Shown here: positions 36,586-44,997 of the stretch, piece by piece | How the letters are laid out: the number at the start of each line of letters is the position of its first letter | Numbering within the stretch: position 1 is the stretch's first letter | Assembly (NCBI GenBank): GCA_013154035.1 | Contig: JAADDH010000069.1 | Coordinates: forward strand, 5,500-69,499 | Reading direction: 5' to 3' | DNA from: Candidatus Iainarchaeum sp. | Lineage (GTDB): Archaea > Iainarchaeota > Iainarchaeia > JAADDC01 | DNA length: 64,000 nt | Position numbers and translations under genes: made by a program | Notes under the pieces: generated by a model | What the model saw: only the letters and a program-made list of their open reading frames with translations | The model's database searches: none | What the model was told of the DNA's origin: nothing

Positions 36586-37878
36586 TTAAAGCTTCACCAA
36601 GGCACTGGCGGAGCCACCACCGTGCCAGCTCATTCTCGGGCGTACACGGATAACCCAAAGCTTCTCGGTCACGTCGTCCAGAAGCACGGCCAGACCACGG
36701 GTGTGGGGCAATGATGCGAGGCTCTTATCCAGCGACTCGCCAACATATGTGGGCCGCACCGCTGACAGTGCTTTAATATCCAGATAGCTCGTAATTCTGT
36801 GCCCCAGAATGATATCTGCCTGTGTGATGGCATCATCGCTGAGACGGTCTATACGCTGGGTTGCAAGGATGAGGGAAAGACCAGGCTGGCGACCAACGCG
36901 TATCCAATCCGAAAGAACTTCCTTGGAGAGAGACTTGCGATCCCGCGGCATGAAGAGGTGTGCCTCGTCTATAATCATCCAAACCAGCGGCATGCGGGAT
37001 ATGTTCTTCCCCTCACGAATCTCGGAGATCTCCTCCACCTTACGGTACTTCATACGTTCCTCAAATATGCGCTTGCCCAGAATCGCCACGACTACTTCCC
37101 GCAGTGAGGCGGATCCCAGGGCTGTCTTGAACGTAGAAACATCTATGATGTTGATAGCTCCGGGCTTAACGAGATCTATCACTCGTGGAGCGTTCGGATC
37201 AAAGAGCTGCCAACTCTTCGCGGCAACGAGGCGCATCTCCACCGATTTCTTTATGTGTGGCTTTGCATCGGAATTGCGAACAATCTGAATGAGATCATCA
37301 ACAGAGTAAGAGCCCTTTTCCTCCGCCTCCGCGACGGCCCCCGCTAGAAGAGCACCAGCCTCTGAATCCAAATCCAGATTGAACAGCCCCAGCCACTCTT
37401 CAATGCCCATATCCCCGGTATTTATGGCAAAGTAGCCATCCACTGGCATCTCGTGCTCCAAATAGAATGGAAGTGCGCTTTTTGGGACGAGAACATTCAC
37501 GTCAAAGGCCTTGGGCTGAAGCCCCCATTTCTCCAGCAAATCCTTCTGGGGTGTGTTTGGAACCTTCATTGTCCAGAATATGCCCACCGTGTCTATGACG
37601 ATCACAGAGGTTCTGCTCTTCACGGAGAATGGGAGAGACGCTAGCTCCTCAAGAATAACGCCGAGGGTATATGACTTACCGTAGCCGCGCTTACCGAGAA
37701 CGAGCATAACGTGAGATGTACTCATATCCATTAGAACACGGCGCCCAAGAACGGGGTTAGCACCCTTACTCATAACAACCCTACCAATAAACCCCGTTCC
37801 CCTCTTGCCGAACTCACGGAGCGTGGACTCCTTTCGCCCGACTACGACGTCCTCTCCAGACAGAACGTCAACAACCAT
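36586..37878 (-). CDS. HerA/FtsK-like ATPase (DUF87 family) with an N-terminal HAS-barrel-like domain
   Basis: Walker A is LGKRGYGKSYTLG and Walker B is WMIIDEAHLF. The protein is 430 aa, with no adjacent nurA, mre11 or rad50. Confidence 0.65.
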   Translation of the reverse strand: MVVDVLSGEDVVVGRKESTLREFGKRGTGFIGRVVMSKGANPVLGRRVLMDMSTSHVMLVLGKRGYGKSYTLGVILEELASLPFSVKSRTSVIVIDTVGIFWTMKVPNTPQKDLLEKWGLQPKAFDVNVLVPKSALPFYLEHEMPVDGYFAINTGDMGIEEWLGLFNLDLDSEAGALLAGAVAEAEEKGSYSVDDLIQIVRNSDAKPHIKKSVEMRLVAAKSWQLFDPNAPRVIDLVKPGAINIIDVSTFKTALGSASLREVVVAILGKRIFEERMKYRKVEEISEIREGKNISRMPLVWMIIDEAHLFMPRDRKSLSKEVLSDWIRVGRQPGLSLILATQRIDRLSDDAITQADIILGHRITSYLDIKALSAVRPTYVGESLDKSLASLPHTRGLAVLLDDVTEKLWVIRVRPRMSWHGGGSASALVKL

Positions 37879-37982
37879 GTGATAATAACGCAGGGGTTGT
37901 TTAAAACTGTGGGGAAAAAGGGAAGGGGGCGAGGGAGGCGCATGATAAATGGGGGCGGAGGTGGATCCCGGGCGGGCAAACG

Positions 37983-38441
37983 TCAGGCCGGCGCGTAGTA
38001 TACCTTTCTGCCTTTGCGGATCTTCCTGACGAGGCCCTGTCGATACAGGAAGTTCAGCCGTGCCGATGCGGCATTCAGGCCCTTATATCCCAGGGCATCA
38101 CGGATATCCTCGGCACACACCATGCCACGCTCGCGGACCAGCGCAAGGATCTGCTCATCGCGCTCCGACAGCCCGAGATCCTCCGGGGGGGCGGGGGCAG
38201 ATGATGGAGGCGTCTGTAGGGCTGCCAGAGCGTCACGGATCTCCTTCAGGAGTGCATTGGTCCTCCTCCGCTCTTCAATGAGCGCGGCGATCAGTGTGGC
38301 AAGGACTACGGGGTCTTGAGCGCGCTGTACGAGGAGTTCAAGGGACATGATGTCGTCGTCTTCCACGCCGGGAAGCAACGCTTTTATAGCGGATATCATT
38401 GTTGATACGGAGGTGGAGTCGCTGTCACGTTTGCCCGCCAC
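37983..38441 (-). CDS. Winged-helix transcriptional regulator (MarR/TrmB-like C-terminal wHTH)
   Basis: Its C-terminal wHTH reads ILALVRERGMVCAEDIRDALG..LYRQGLVRKIRKGRKVYY. Palindromic operators lie immediately upstream. Confidence 0.5.
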   Translation of the reverse strand: MAGKRDSDSTSVSTMISAIKALLPGVEDDDIMSLELLVQRAQDPVVLATLIAALIEERRRTNALLKEIRDALAALQTPPSSAPAPPEDLGLSERDEQILALVRERGMVCAEDIRDALGYKGLNAASARLNFLYRQGLVRKIRKGRKVYYAPA

Positions 38442-38442
38442 G

Positions 38443-38484
38443 TATCATGATAGTGTCATGACATATTTAAGTATTGTCATGAAA
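38443..38484. promoter_or_regulatory. Operator-like palindromes TATCATGATA and TGTCATGACA, with a TGTCATGAAA half-site, overlapping the promoter of the wHTH gene
   Basis: Two perfect 10-bp palindromes share the TCATGA core. They flank a TTAAATAT TATA-like element 0 to 45 nt upstream of the GTG start. Confidence 0.4.
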
Positions 38485-38517
38485 GAATCACGACGGTATC
38501 GTTTTGTGGTTTGAAAA

Positions 38518-39066
38518 TTAGATGAAGGTTACCTCATGGGGTTGGTCCAGCAGGATGTCGAGAGCCTTCTGGACGTCGGGATACGGGAAAGAAAGTTTAC
38601 GGACGTCCTTACGGGCAACAACGATACGATAGACCACACCGTCAGGTCTGAAGAGCTTGTTGATGCCAATCACACGAACGCCGCCAAAGAGATCTTGTAT
38701 TGTCTTCCTTAAATCAACATCAATCTCTACTATGCGAACGGGCTTGCCCACGGCCTGACGGAACGCGCGAAGTACCTTGCCATTCTTTCCGATCAGACGG
38801 CCAATCTCTCCACGGACTAGTATGAGCACGAATGAATTCATGTCGTAGGCACGAACAAACTCCACCGTGTCCCCAATACGATATTTGCTGTCCAGATCAT
38901 AGAGTATCCTGGATATTCTAACGTCTAGCTCGCTGATCTCGCCCTTCTTTAGCTTCTCCTCATCAACCGGGCAGAGATAATCACTCCGCTGACAAACCTC
39001 ACATATGGGGGCACGGACCATCCTACTCACCTGAAATAATCTAGAAAGAAGTAAAAATAAACCCAC
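38518..39066 (-). CDS. KH-domain RNA-binding protein with an N-terminal Cys4 zinc ribbon (NusA/Dim2-like)
   Basis: It has CEVCQ..CPVD and the KH GxxG loop LIGKNGKVL. Confidence 0.55.
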   Translation of the reverse strand: MGLFLLLSRLFQVSRMVRAPICEVCQRSDYLCPVDEEKLKKGEISELDVRISRILYDLDSKYRIGDTVEFVRAYDMNSFVLILVRGEIGRLIGKNGKVLRAFRQAVGKPVRIVEIDVDLRKTIQDLFGGVRVIGINKLFRPDGVVYRIVVARKDVRKLSFPYPDVQKALDILLDQPHEVTFI

Positions 39067-39078
39067 GGGTCAAGGAGA

Positions 39079-39360
39079 TTACTCCTTGGCGAGAACGATA
39101 TCAATTGCGGAAACCTTGGACACGCCGTGCTCGCCCTGAAGCTCTTCTGTGGAAATGTCAATCTGCTTGACCTGGACCTCTGGGAGGAAGCGGTTCCTGA
39201 CGACCTCAGCCACGTCAACTGCCTTGGAAATTGCGCGACCGCGTGCCTTGATGTGGACCTCCTTTGCACCCTGGTTGAACTGCGTAACAACAGCAAGGAC
39301 GTAGTTCATGACGCCCTTCTTGCCAACATAGACCTCGTTCTCTGCTGCCATGGTATTCAC
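39079..39360 (-). CDS. albA: Alba (Sso10b) chromatin/RNA-binding protein
   Basis: The ~90-aa protein has ..[25 protein letters not shown].. in the Alba fold pattern. Confidence 0.85.
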   Translation of the reverse strand: MNTMAAENEVYVGKKGVMNYVLAVVTQFNQGAKEVHIKARGRAISKAVDVAEVVRNRFLPEVQVKQIDISTEELQGEHGVSKVSAIDIVLAKE

Positions 39361-39399
39361 CTCTTCTCAAAAAAATGGGGGGCAAGTGTTAAAAATAAC

Positions 39400-40203
39400 T
39401 TAGGAACGGCTGCGCCTGTATTCCTCCACGAGATCCATGATCCGACGCGCGAGCTCCTCAGCGTCCGGTGAGTCATCCTCAGGAACAACAACAGCAAACT
39501 CATCCGTGGATGCAAGAATCTTCCCTGCACGAACATCGGAGAGGGGAATCACCTCTGCCTCGCCACGCCCTACCGCGTCAATTGCGTCAAGCACTGCTCT
39601 GTAGCGTTCCCGCATACGCGCGAGGTCTCGCTTCGCCGCGTCCCTTTCCATACGCATGCGGTGATACCTCTCGTCGCTGGGCACATACTCCAAAAGTCGC
39701 TTCAAACGTCGGTTCTCTTCCCTGAGCGCCTGCAGTTTCTTAGATGTGCGAGAGTGCTCCCGCTCGGTGGCGGCGAGGCGATGTTTTAGATCCGCAATGA
39801 TTTCGTGGAGGTGTGCCACATCGTCTCGCCCGCTCCCACTTTCCTCCCCACGTTCAAAGCGCTTTGGTTGCTCACCACCAACCCAATCTTCAAGCGCCTG
39901 AGAGATTGGCGTTCCAAAAACTACTGCACGCTTGAGATAGTCGGCGAGTTTGGGATCATGCCCATACTGTGCATCAATGTGCCGGAACTTGCCCGCATAC
40001 TGGAGAAAAGCAGCATAGGCAGCGGAGAGCGCATCACGCTGGTGATCATCACCCGGTGCATTATCATATTTCCTGGCAACGGAATCCTTGAAGGCGACGC
40101 GGATCTTTGCAGTCGGAACCCACAAACGAGCGCCGAACTGGGCAGCAATCTTCTCCACACGGGATGGAGCAGGAACCACATCAGTAGCGACTATAATTGG
40201 CAC
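39400..40203 (-). CDS. DUF460-like RNase-H-fold (RuvC/YqgF-like) predicted nuclease. The N-terminus probably extends to about 40335.
   Basis: The in-frame upstream sequence encodes YVILGVDPGTTTGLAALDLRG, the RNase-H-like GxDPG motif. It lacks any ATG/GTG/TTG before the GTG at 40203. The C-terminal half is coiled-coil rich. Confidence 0.55.
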   Translation of the reverse strand: MPIIVATDVVPAPSRVEKIAAQFGARLWVPTAKIRVAFKDSVARKYDNAPGDDHQRDALSAAYAAFLQYAGKFRHIDAQYGHDPKLADYLKRAVVFGTPISQALEDWVGGEQPKRFERGEESGSGRDDVAHLHEIIADLKHRLAATEREHSRTSKKLQALREENRRLKRLLEYVPSDERYHRMRMERDAAKRDLARMRERYRAVLDAIDAVGRGEAEVIPLSDVRAGKILASTDEFAVVVPEDDSPDAEELARRIMDLVEEYRRSRS

Positions 40204-40355
40204 ACCAACGTCGCGTAGCGCAGAGACAATCCACGCGTCGTCGGCAGATCTCTTAGAAAGAAGAAGGAGGAGGTTGCCCCGCAGATCCAGCGCTGCGAGG
40301 CCCGTCGTGGTCCCGGGATCAACGCCCAGGATTACGTACGGTACCGCAGATCACC

Positions 40356-41351
40356 TCACACAAAGCCGCCCTTGTTCGTCAGGAAGTAAATCAGACGGCG
40401 GAATACCTTGTCAAAGGGCTTAGTCGCTGGGTTAAAGTTCACAAAGGCTATTGTACCGTTGCTCAGCCCAACGGAGTGAGACAGTGCAATTGCAATCGCG
40501 CTGTCGGGAAGCTGCTTGCCCTGACCATCGTAGCTGTAAAGCATGGCAACACGTTCACCAGTCTGCGAGATCATGACGCCACGCAGTGGGTTGAGCTGGA
40601 CGTTCACAGGTTTACCAGGGAAGTAGCGCGTCGCAGCACCTGCGGGGTTGAGCTCGGAGTTGTAGCGGTAGAATTGCAGGCGCACGTTCGTCATGGGCTT
40701 GCCATACTGGCACATATACTGTCCGGTGGGGGATACACAGCGCACGGGCATGTACTTGCCCATATCCTCAATGGCGCCACCGCCCCAACCCATGCAACCA
40801 TACTCCGGATCACAGGTACCGGAATCCTTGATGATGATGAGATTACCGCCGTTCTTCACATACTTCACGAATTCATCGCGCTGCGTGTCTGTCACGCTCT
40901 TGTTATTCAACTGGTAGAGGATTACAACGTCGTAATTACTCAGGGTTTCGGCGTAGTATGGGTTCGACGGCGTAAGGGACGCGGGCTCGGCTTCTACTGT
41001 GAAGCCCATATATTCGCCAGCACCCTGGGCTATTGCTGCAACGGTATTCTGAATCTGGGGAGCGTTCGGATCATCTGTTAGAATGAGTACGTGGATTGTC
41101 TTGTTCATACCGAACATGGAACCGGGCAAAAGGCCCATCTTCGCGGCGAGAAATGCGCCTAGCACAATAAGAAGCGCTAGTGGCAAAAGGCTCTCAAGAT
41201 ACTTTGAATACTTCGGCTTAGACTGTTCCTGCATGGCTGCCATCATAGCAGCGGCATACAGTGCATCGTCGTTGGGCGCGGGGCCCCCAGAACCCTGACC
41301 TGCAGGAGCACCTCCTCCATACATAAGCAACACCGCAATAAAATGGATCAT
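40356..41351 (-). CDS. Membrane-anchored hypothetical protein (single N-terminal TM; class-I glutamine-amidotransferase/ThuA-like fold suspected)
   Basis: It has a hydrophobic segment LLPLALLIVLGAFLAA and patterns VLILTDDPN and GGNLIIIKDSG. Confidence 0.45.
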   Translation of the reverse strand: MIHFIAVLLMYGGGAPAGQGSGGPAPNDDALYAAAMMAAMQEQSKPKYSKYLESLLPLALLIVLGAFLAAKMGLLPGSMFGMNKTIHVLILTDDPNAPQIQNTVAAIAQGAGEYMGFTVEAEPASLTPSNPYYAETLSNYDVVILYQLNNKSVTDTQRDEFVKYVKNGGNLIIIKDSGTCDPEYGCMGWGGGAIEDMGKYMPVRCVSPTGQYMCQYGKPMTNVRLQFYRYNSELNPAGAATRYFPGKPVNVQLNPLRGVMISQTGERVAMLYSYDGQGKQLPDSAIAIALSHSVGLSNGTIAFVNFNPATKPFDKVFRRLIYFLTNKGGFV

Positions 41352-41363
41352 CGTATTTAAATG

Positions 41364-42344
41364 TTACGTGGCCGCCCACCTGCAAATGTCGTAGAGCAGA
41401 CGAACCAGGGCATAACGTGTCTGCGAATCGCCCGTAGCGTTGACGTCTTTCAAAACAATATCCGGCGGGAATGCATAGTAAACAACACGGTAGCCATCGC
41501 GTATGGCTACTGGATACGGTGGAGACTGACCGCAGCACGCACCCACGCCACCGATCGTGGCAAAAATCTTCTGCTGACCGAAGATCGACGTTTGAAGCGG
41601 TTGAACAACAACGAAATCATGGTTAAACGGAACGCGCACGTGAAGCCCACTCGTCAGTTCGTCGTCTATGGGCACCAAGTACCCCATTACGTCACAGTTC
41701 GCCTCGCCGTGACAGTAATCTCCAACATACTTCAAGCCCAAAAACTGAGTGCCGAAGAGAATTGGATTCCCAAAGGCGTCAACACGGTCCCAACGGTTCA
41801 TAATGACAAGGTGTCCGCCCGAGTTGGTCTCGCTATTCGCATCTACGTGATCCATCTCGGACCAAGTAGTGTTGTCTGGGACGCGAAGATACTGTGAGTT
41901 CTTTTCAGCATCCACGCCAACATCTCCCGCAATGAGCACCTTGCCTCCCCGCGCAGCAAAGTCCCATATCGCAGCCATTTCTTCCGGCGTAAGCGTACGC
42001 GCGTGCTCCACAATCAGAACATCGTAAGAACTTAGATTGCCAGGCCCAACCATAGATATAGGCATGGTCTGAGCGTATAGGTTGCAGTTGTTCGTAATAA
42101 AGTTGGCGAGGGCGTGGGGATCACCCATTCCAGACTTGCCGTATAGAATGAGTATGTTTGGATACGTGCGGCCGTAAATCTTCTCAAGAATCATATGATA
42201 GCCACTGCACCAATACGGCACCTGATCGCAGCTTATCAAACCGTAACGGGTTGCAAGGAACAGCGCAACGAGCACAAGGGCGGATATTGCAATGGCGTGA
42301 ATCAGGAGTTGCTGCGTCTGGTTCTTGACAATCTGACCGCGCAT
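41364..42344 (-). CDS. Membrane-anchored hypothetical protein, paralog of the previous gene
   Basis: Similar architecture: N-terminal TM helix, then ILILYGKSG, VLIVEHAR and GGKVLIAGD. Confidence 0.45.
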   Translation of the reverse strand: MRGQIVKNQTQQLLIHAIAISALVLVALFLATRYGLISCDQVPYWCSGYHMILEKIYGRTYPNILILYGKSGMGDPHALANFITNNCNLYAQTMPISMVGPGNLSSYDVLIVEHARTLTPEEMAAIWDFAARGGKVLIAGDVGVDAEKNSQYLRVPDNTTWSEMDHVDANSETNSGGHLVIMNRWDRVDAFGNPILFGTQFLGLKYVGDYCHGEANCDVMGYLVPIDDELTSGLHVRVPFNHDFVVVQPLQTSIFGQQKIFATIGGVGACCGQSPPYPVAIRDGYRVVYYAFPPDIVLKDVNATGDSQTRYALVRLLYDICRWAAT

Positions 42345-42375
42345 GAGAAGAAAAAGAAGAGGTGGTTTTTATTGA

Positions 42376-43419
42376 TCACCCTTTGCGGTATATGACATTC
42401 ACCTTCAACTTGCCCCGTCGCGCAGCGTTCTCGATGAATTTACGGTACGCAAGGGCGAACTGAGCAATCTTCGGATATGCCGACCAGCGCGACAGGTTAA
42501 TCACGCTGGGGTCGTCAAGTATCCGTTCCCGTATACGCCGCGCATCCACATACTCGGGAGCGCCCTGCCTAGCAAGAGCCCACGCAAGCTCGCGCTGGAA
42601 CTGAGAGATTGACGAAACTGCCTGCAGCCCCAACTTCTCAAAGAATTCGGGATTCTCTCTCAAAACCTTCTGGACATACAGATAGCCGTCTCGCGAGCCG
42701 GCAAGAACATCGGACTCCTTTGGCGAGCGCTTGATGCTTCTTTTACCGCCACTCTCAGCAGAATCAAAACCATATCTCTTCCGAAACGTCTTATGCATCT
42801 CTTCAATCGTTTTCCAAGCTTTATCAGCAGCAACACGCTTAGTGGCACTCTCCAGATCCGCGCTCAGAAGCTGTCTAATCCGTTCCGACACGAGCCTGCG
42901 ATCAGCCTCGCGTGATAGTGGAATGACCTCATGTGTCAAATATGAATAGTTCATGGTCAGGGGCGATTCGCCAGCATTTCCAGCAATAGCATATTTTGCG
43001 ACGGTGCGAATCTTTTGGGACTCCTCTTCAGGGCGAACAGCATCGGACGGTAACACGCCATGAACCACTACGGTAAGATCCCCGTCCTTCAAATGGTACG
43101 TAACCAGGGCGCGATCACCCGTTGGCAGATCAACAACACCCGCAGGCATATGCTCCAAAACAAATGGCCTGCCATTCAGCTGCACCTTATGCTGAGAAAT
43201 CATTTGGACGCCCTCTTGCTCATCGGTCCGGGGAATTGACGTGCCATCGACGCCCAAAACTTCATACTTCTTTCTAAACAGAATGCCGGATTTGCGCCAG
43301 AGTGTTGGAATATCACTTGTCTCAAGAGTGTGCTCCTGCAGCTCCACAGTAGGCGTCTGCACACCTTCACGCGCAGTCTCCGCAAACTTTTTTGCGCGGG
43401 TAAACAGATCTCGTTCCAT
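42376..43419 (-). CDS. Hypothetical protein (~347 aa)
   Basis: ORF trimmed to MERDLF. No recognisable motif. Confidence 0.4.
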   Translation of the reverse strand: MERDLFTRAKKFAETAREGVQTPTVELQEHTLETSDIPTLWRKSGILFRKKYEVLGVDGTSIPRTDEQEGVQMISQHKVQLNGRPFVLEHMPAGVVDLPTGDRALVTYHLKDGDLTVVVHGVLPSDAVRPEEESQKIRTVAKYAIAGNAGESPLTMNYSYLTHEVIPLSREADRRLVSERIRQLLSADLESATKRVAADKAWKTIEEMHKTFRKRYGFDSAESGGKRSIKRSPKESDVLAGSRDGYLYVQKVLRENPEFFEKLGLQAVSSISQFQRELAWALARQGAPEYVDARRIRERILDDPSVINLSRWSAYPKIAQFALAYRKFIENAARRGKLKVNVIYRKG

Positions 43420-43461
43420 ACTATTACCACCGCCCACAAGTATATAAGCATCTCGTCAAAC

Positions 43462-43635
43462 AATTAAAACATGGTGAAGAAGGAAAAGATCGAGACTCCG
43501 CCATCCATGCTGGGCATTATGGAGTTCAACGTAGACACCAGCAGACTCCGCCTCTCTCCTCAGCTAGTATTGGCAATTGCCGTGGGCGTGGCTCTGGTTG
43601 TGATCCTACTAAACTACACCATGCCCCTGAGGTGA
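43462..43635 (+). CDS. secG: Preprotein translocase subunit Sec61-beta (archaeal SecG)
   Basis: The 57-aa protein MVKKEKIETPPSMLGIMEFNVDTSRLRLSPQLVLAIAVGVALVVILLN matches the Sec61-beta pattern of KKEK, GLMRF and a C-terminal TM. It is not in the ORF track because it is under 60 aa. Confidence 0.7.
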
Positions 43636-43777
43636 TTCAACGGAGCCCCACGTCATAATTCTTGCGGGCGGTAAAGGTAGTCGTCTCTGGCCACTTAGCA
43701 GGACATACCACCCCAAACCATTCGTTCGTGTACACCGTGCGAGGCGTTCCCTCTTTCAAGACAGCATTCTCAGAGCT

Positions 43778-44992
43778 ATGCTCGTAGCGAAGCCGGAAAA
43801 TATACACATCGTCGTAAACGAAAGACATGTGCCCCTCGCAAAGCAGCAGATCTCCGAACTTGGCATAAAAATACCCGATGAGAACATCCTCACAGAGCCT
43901 GTGCCTCGAGATACCTTGCCCGCAGTTATCTACGCATTGATGCACATCCCAGACGATCCGCCGGTTGCAATGATGCCCGCAGACCAGTACATTCGCGAGT
44001 CTGAACGCCTAGCAGATGCAATACGGAAAGCAGTCCCATTTACGGAAAAGTATATTGTCGCAATTGGGGTGACACCCACCGAGCCCGACACGGGATACGG
44101 ATACATGCGCATCGGCAGGAAGATCGGGGACGGAATATATCAGCTCTTAGAGTTTAAGGAAAAGCCAGACCTTGAAACCGCCAGGAGATACGTCGACGAG
44201 GGCTATCTCTGGAACACATTCATTCACGTCTTCAGAAAATCAATCATGCTGAATGAGATCAAAAGGTACGCGGAGGAGACGTATCGGATATTCGAGAAAT
44301 ACAGGGACGAACCAAGAACAGCGTACTCAATAGTTAGCCCGTCTTCTCTCTCGTCTGAAGTCCTGGAAAAAACAGACAGAAACGCAGTGATCCCTGTAAA
44401 CTTAACGTGGAGCGACATGGGGTCATTCGATCGACTGCACAAGCTCGCAGAGAAGGACGAGAATGGAAATGCATACAACGTGCCGTTAATCGCGATAGAC
44501 GCCAAGAACAACTACGTTCAGATCAATAGAGAGGATAAAACAGTGGCAATCATCGGGCTAAACAACATCTTTGTTATCGACACACGTGATGCCATAATAG
44601 TCGGGGACAACCGGCGCGCACAGGATGTGAAGCAGGTTTTCAAGATCCTAGAACGCAACCACGGCCCGGTGCACCACCATCTGCGAATCCCAGCAGAATG
44701 GGGCGGAATGGAGATGATAGATTACGGCAAGAATAGTTCCATTGGCAAAATACTAATCGATCCGGGCAGAACCGCCAAAATAAAGATAGAGGCTCCTCAA
44801 AAACTCATAATCCTCCGTGGAACCGTTAAAATAAATGGCAAAACGCATGCAGATGGCGCGGCTGTGGATGTTCAGGGCAGCACTGTTACGATGAAGAACA
44901 TAGGCGATAGCGCTGCAGAGATCTTGCAAATACGGCTTCAGAATACAGCAAACAACCCATACATGGAAATACTAAAAGAAATAGAGGGCTAG
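43778..44992 (+). CDS. manC: Mannose-1-phosphate guanylyltransferase with a C-terminal cupin. The N-terminus probably extends to about 43655.
   Basis: The in-frame upstream sequence encodes VIILAGGKGSRLWPLSR, the NTP-transferase G-x-G-x-R-L-x-P-L motif, before the first ATG. The C-terminal cupin resembles the mannose-6-P isomerase type. Confidence 0.72.
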   Translation: MLVAKPENIHIVVNERHVPLAKQQISELGIKIPDENILTEPVPRDTLPAVIYALMHIPDDPPVAMMPADQYIRESERLADAIRKAVPFTEKYIVAIGVTPTEPDTGYGYMRIGRKIGDGIYQLLEFKEKPDLETARRYVDEGYLWNTFIHVFRKSIMLNEIKRYAEETYRIFEKYRDEPRTAYSIVSPSSLSSEVLEKTDRNAVIPVNLTWSDMGSFDRLHKLAEKDENGNAYNVPLIAIDAKNNYVQINREDKTVAIIGLNNIFVIDTRDAIIVGDNRRAQDVKQVFKILERNHGPVHHHLRIPAEWGGMEMIDYGKNSSIGKILIDPGRTAKIKIEAPQKLIILRGTVKINGKTHADGAAVDVQGSTVTMKNIGDSAAEILQIRLQNTANNPYMEILKEIEG

Positions 44993-44997
44993 GGCCC

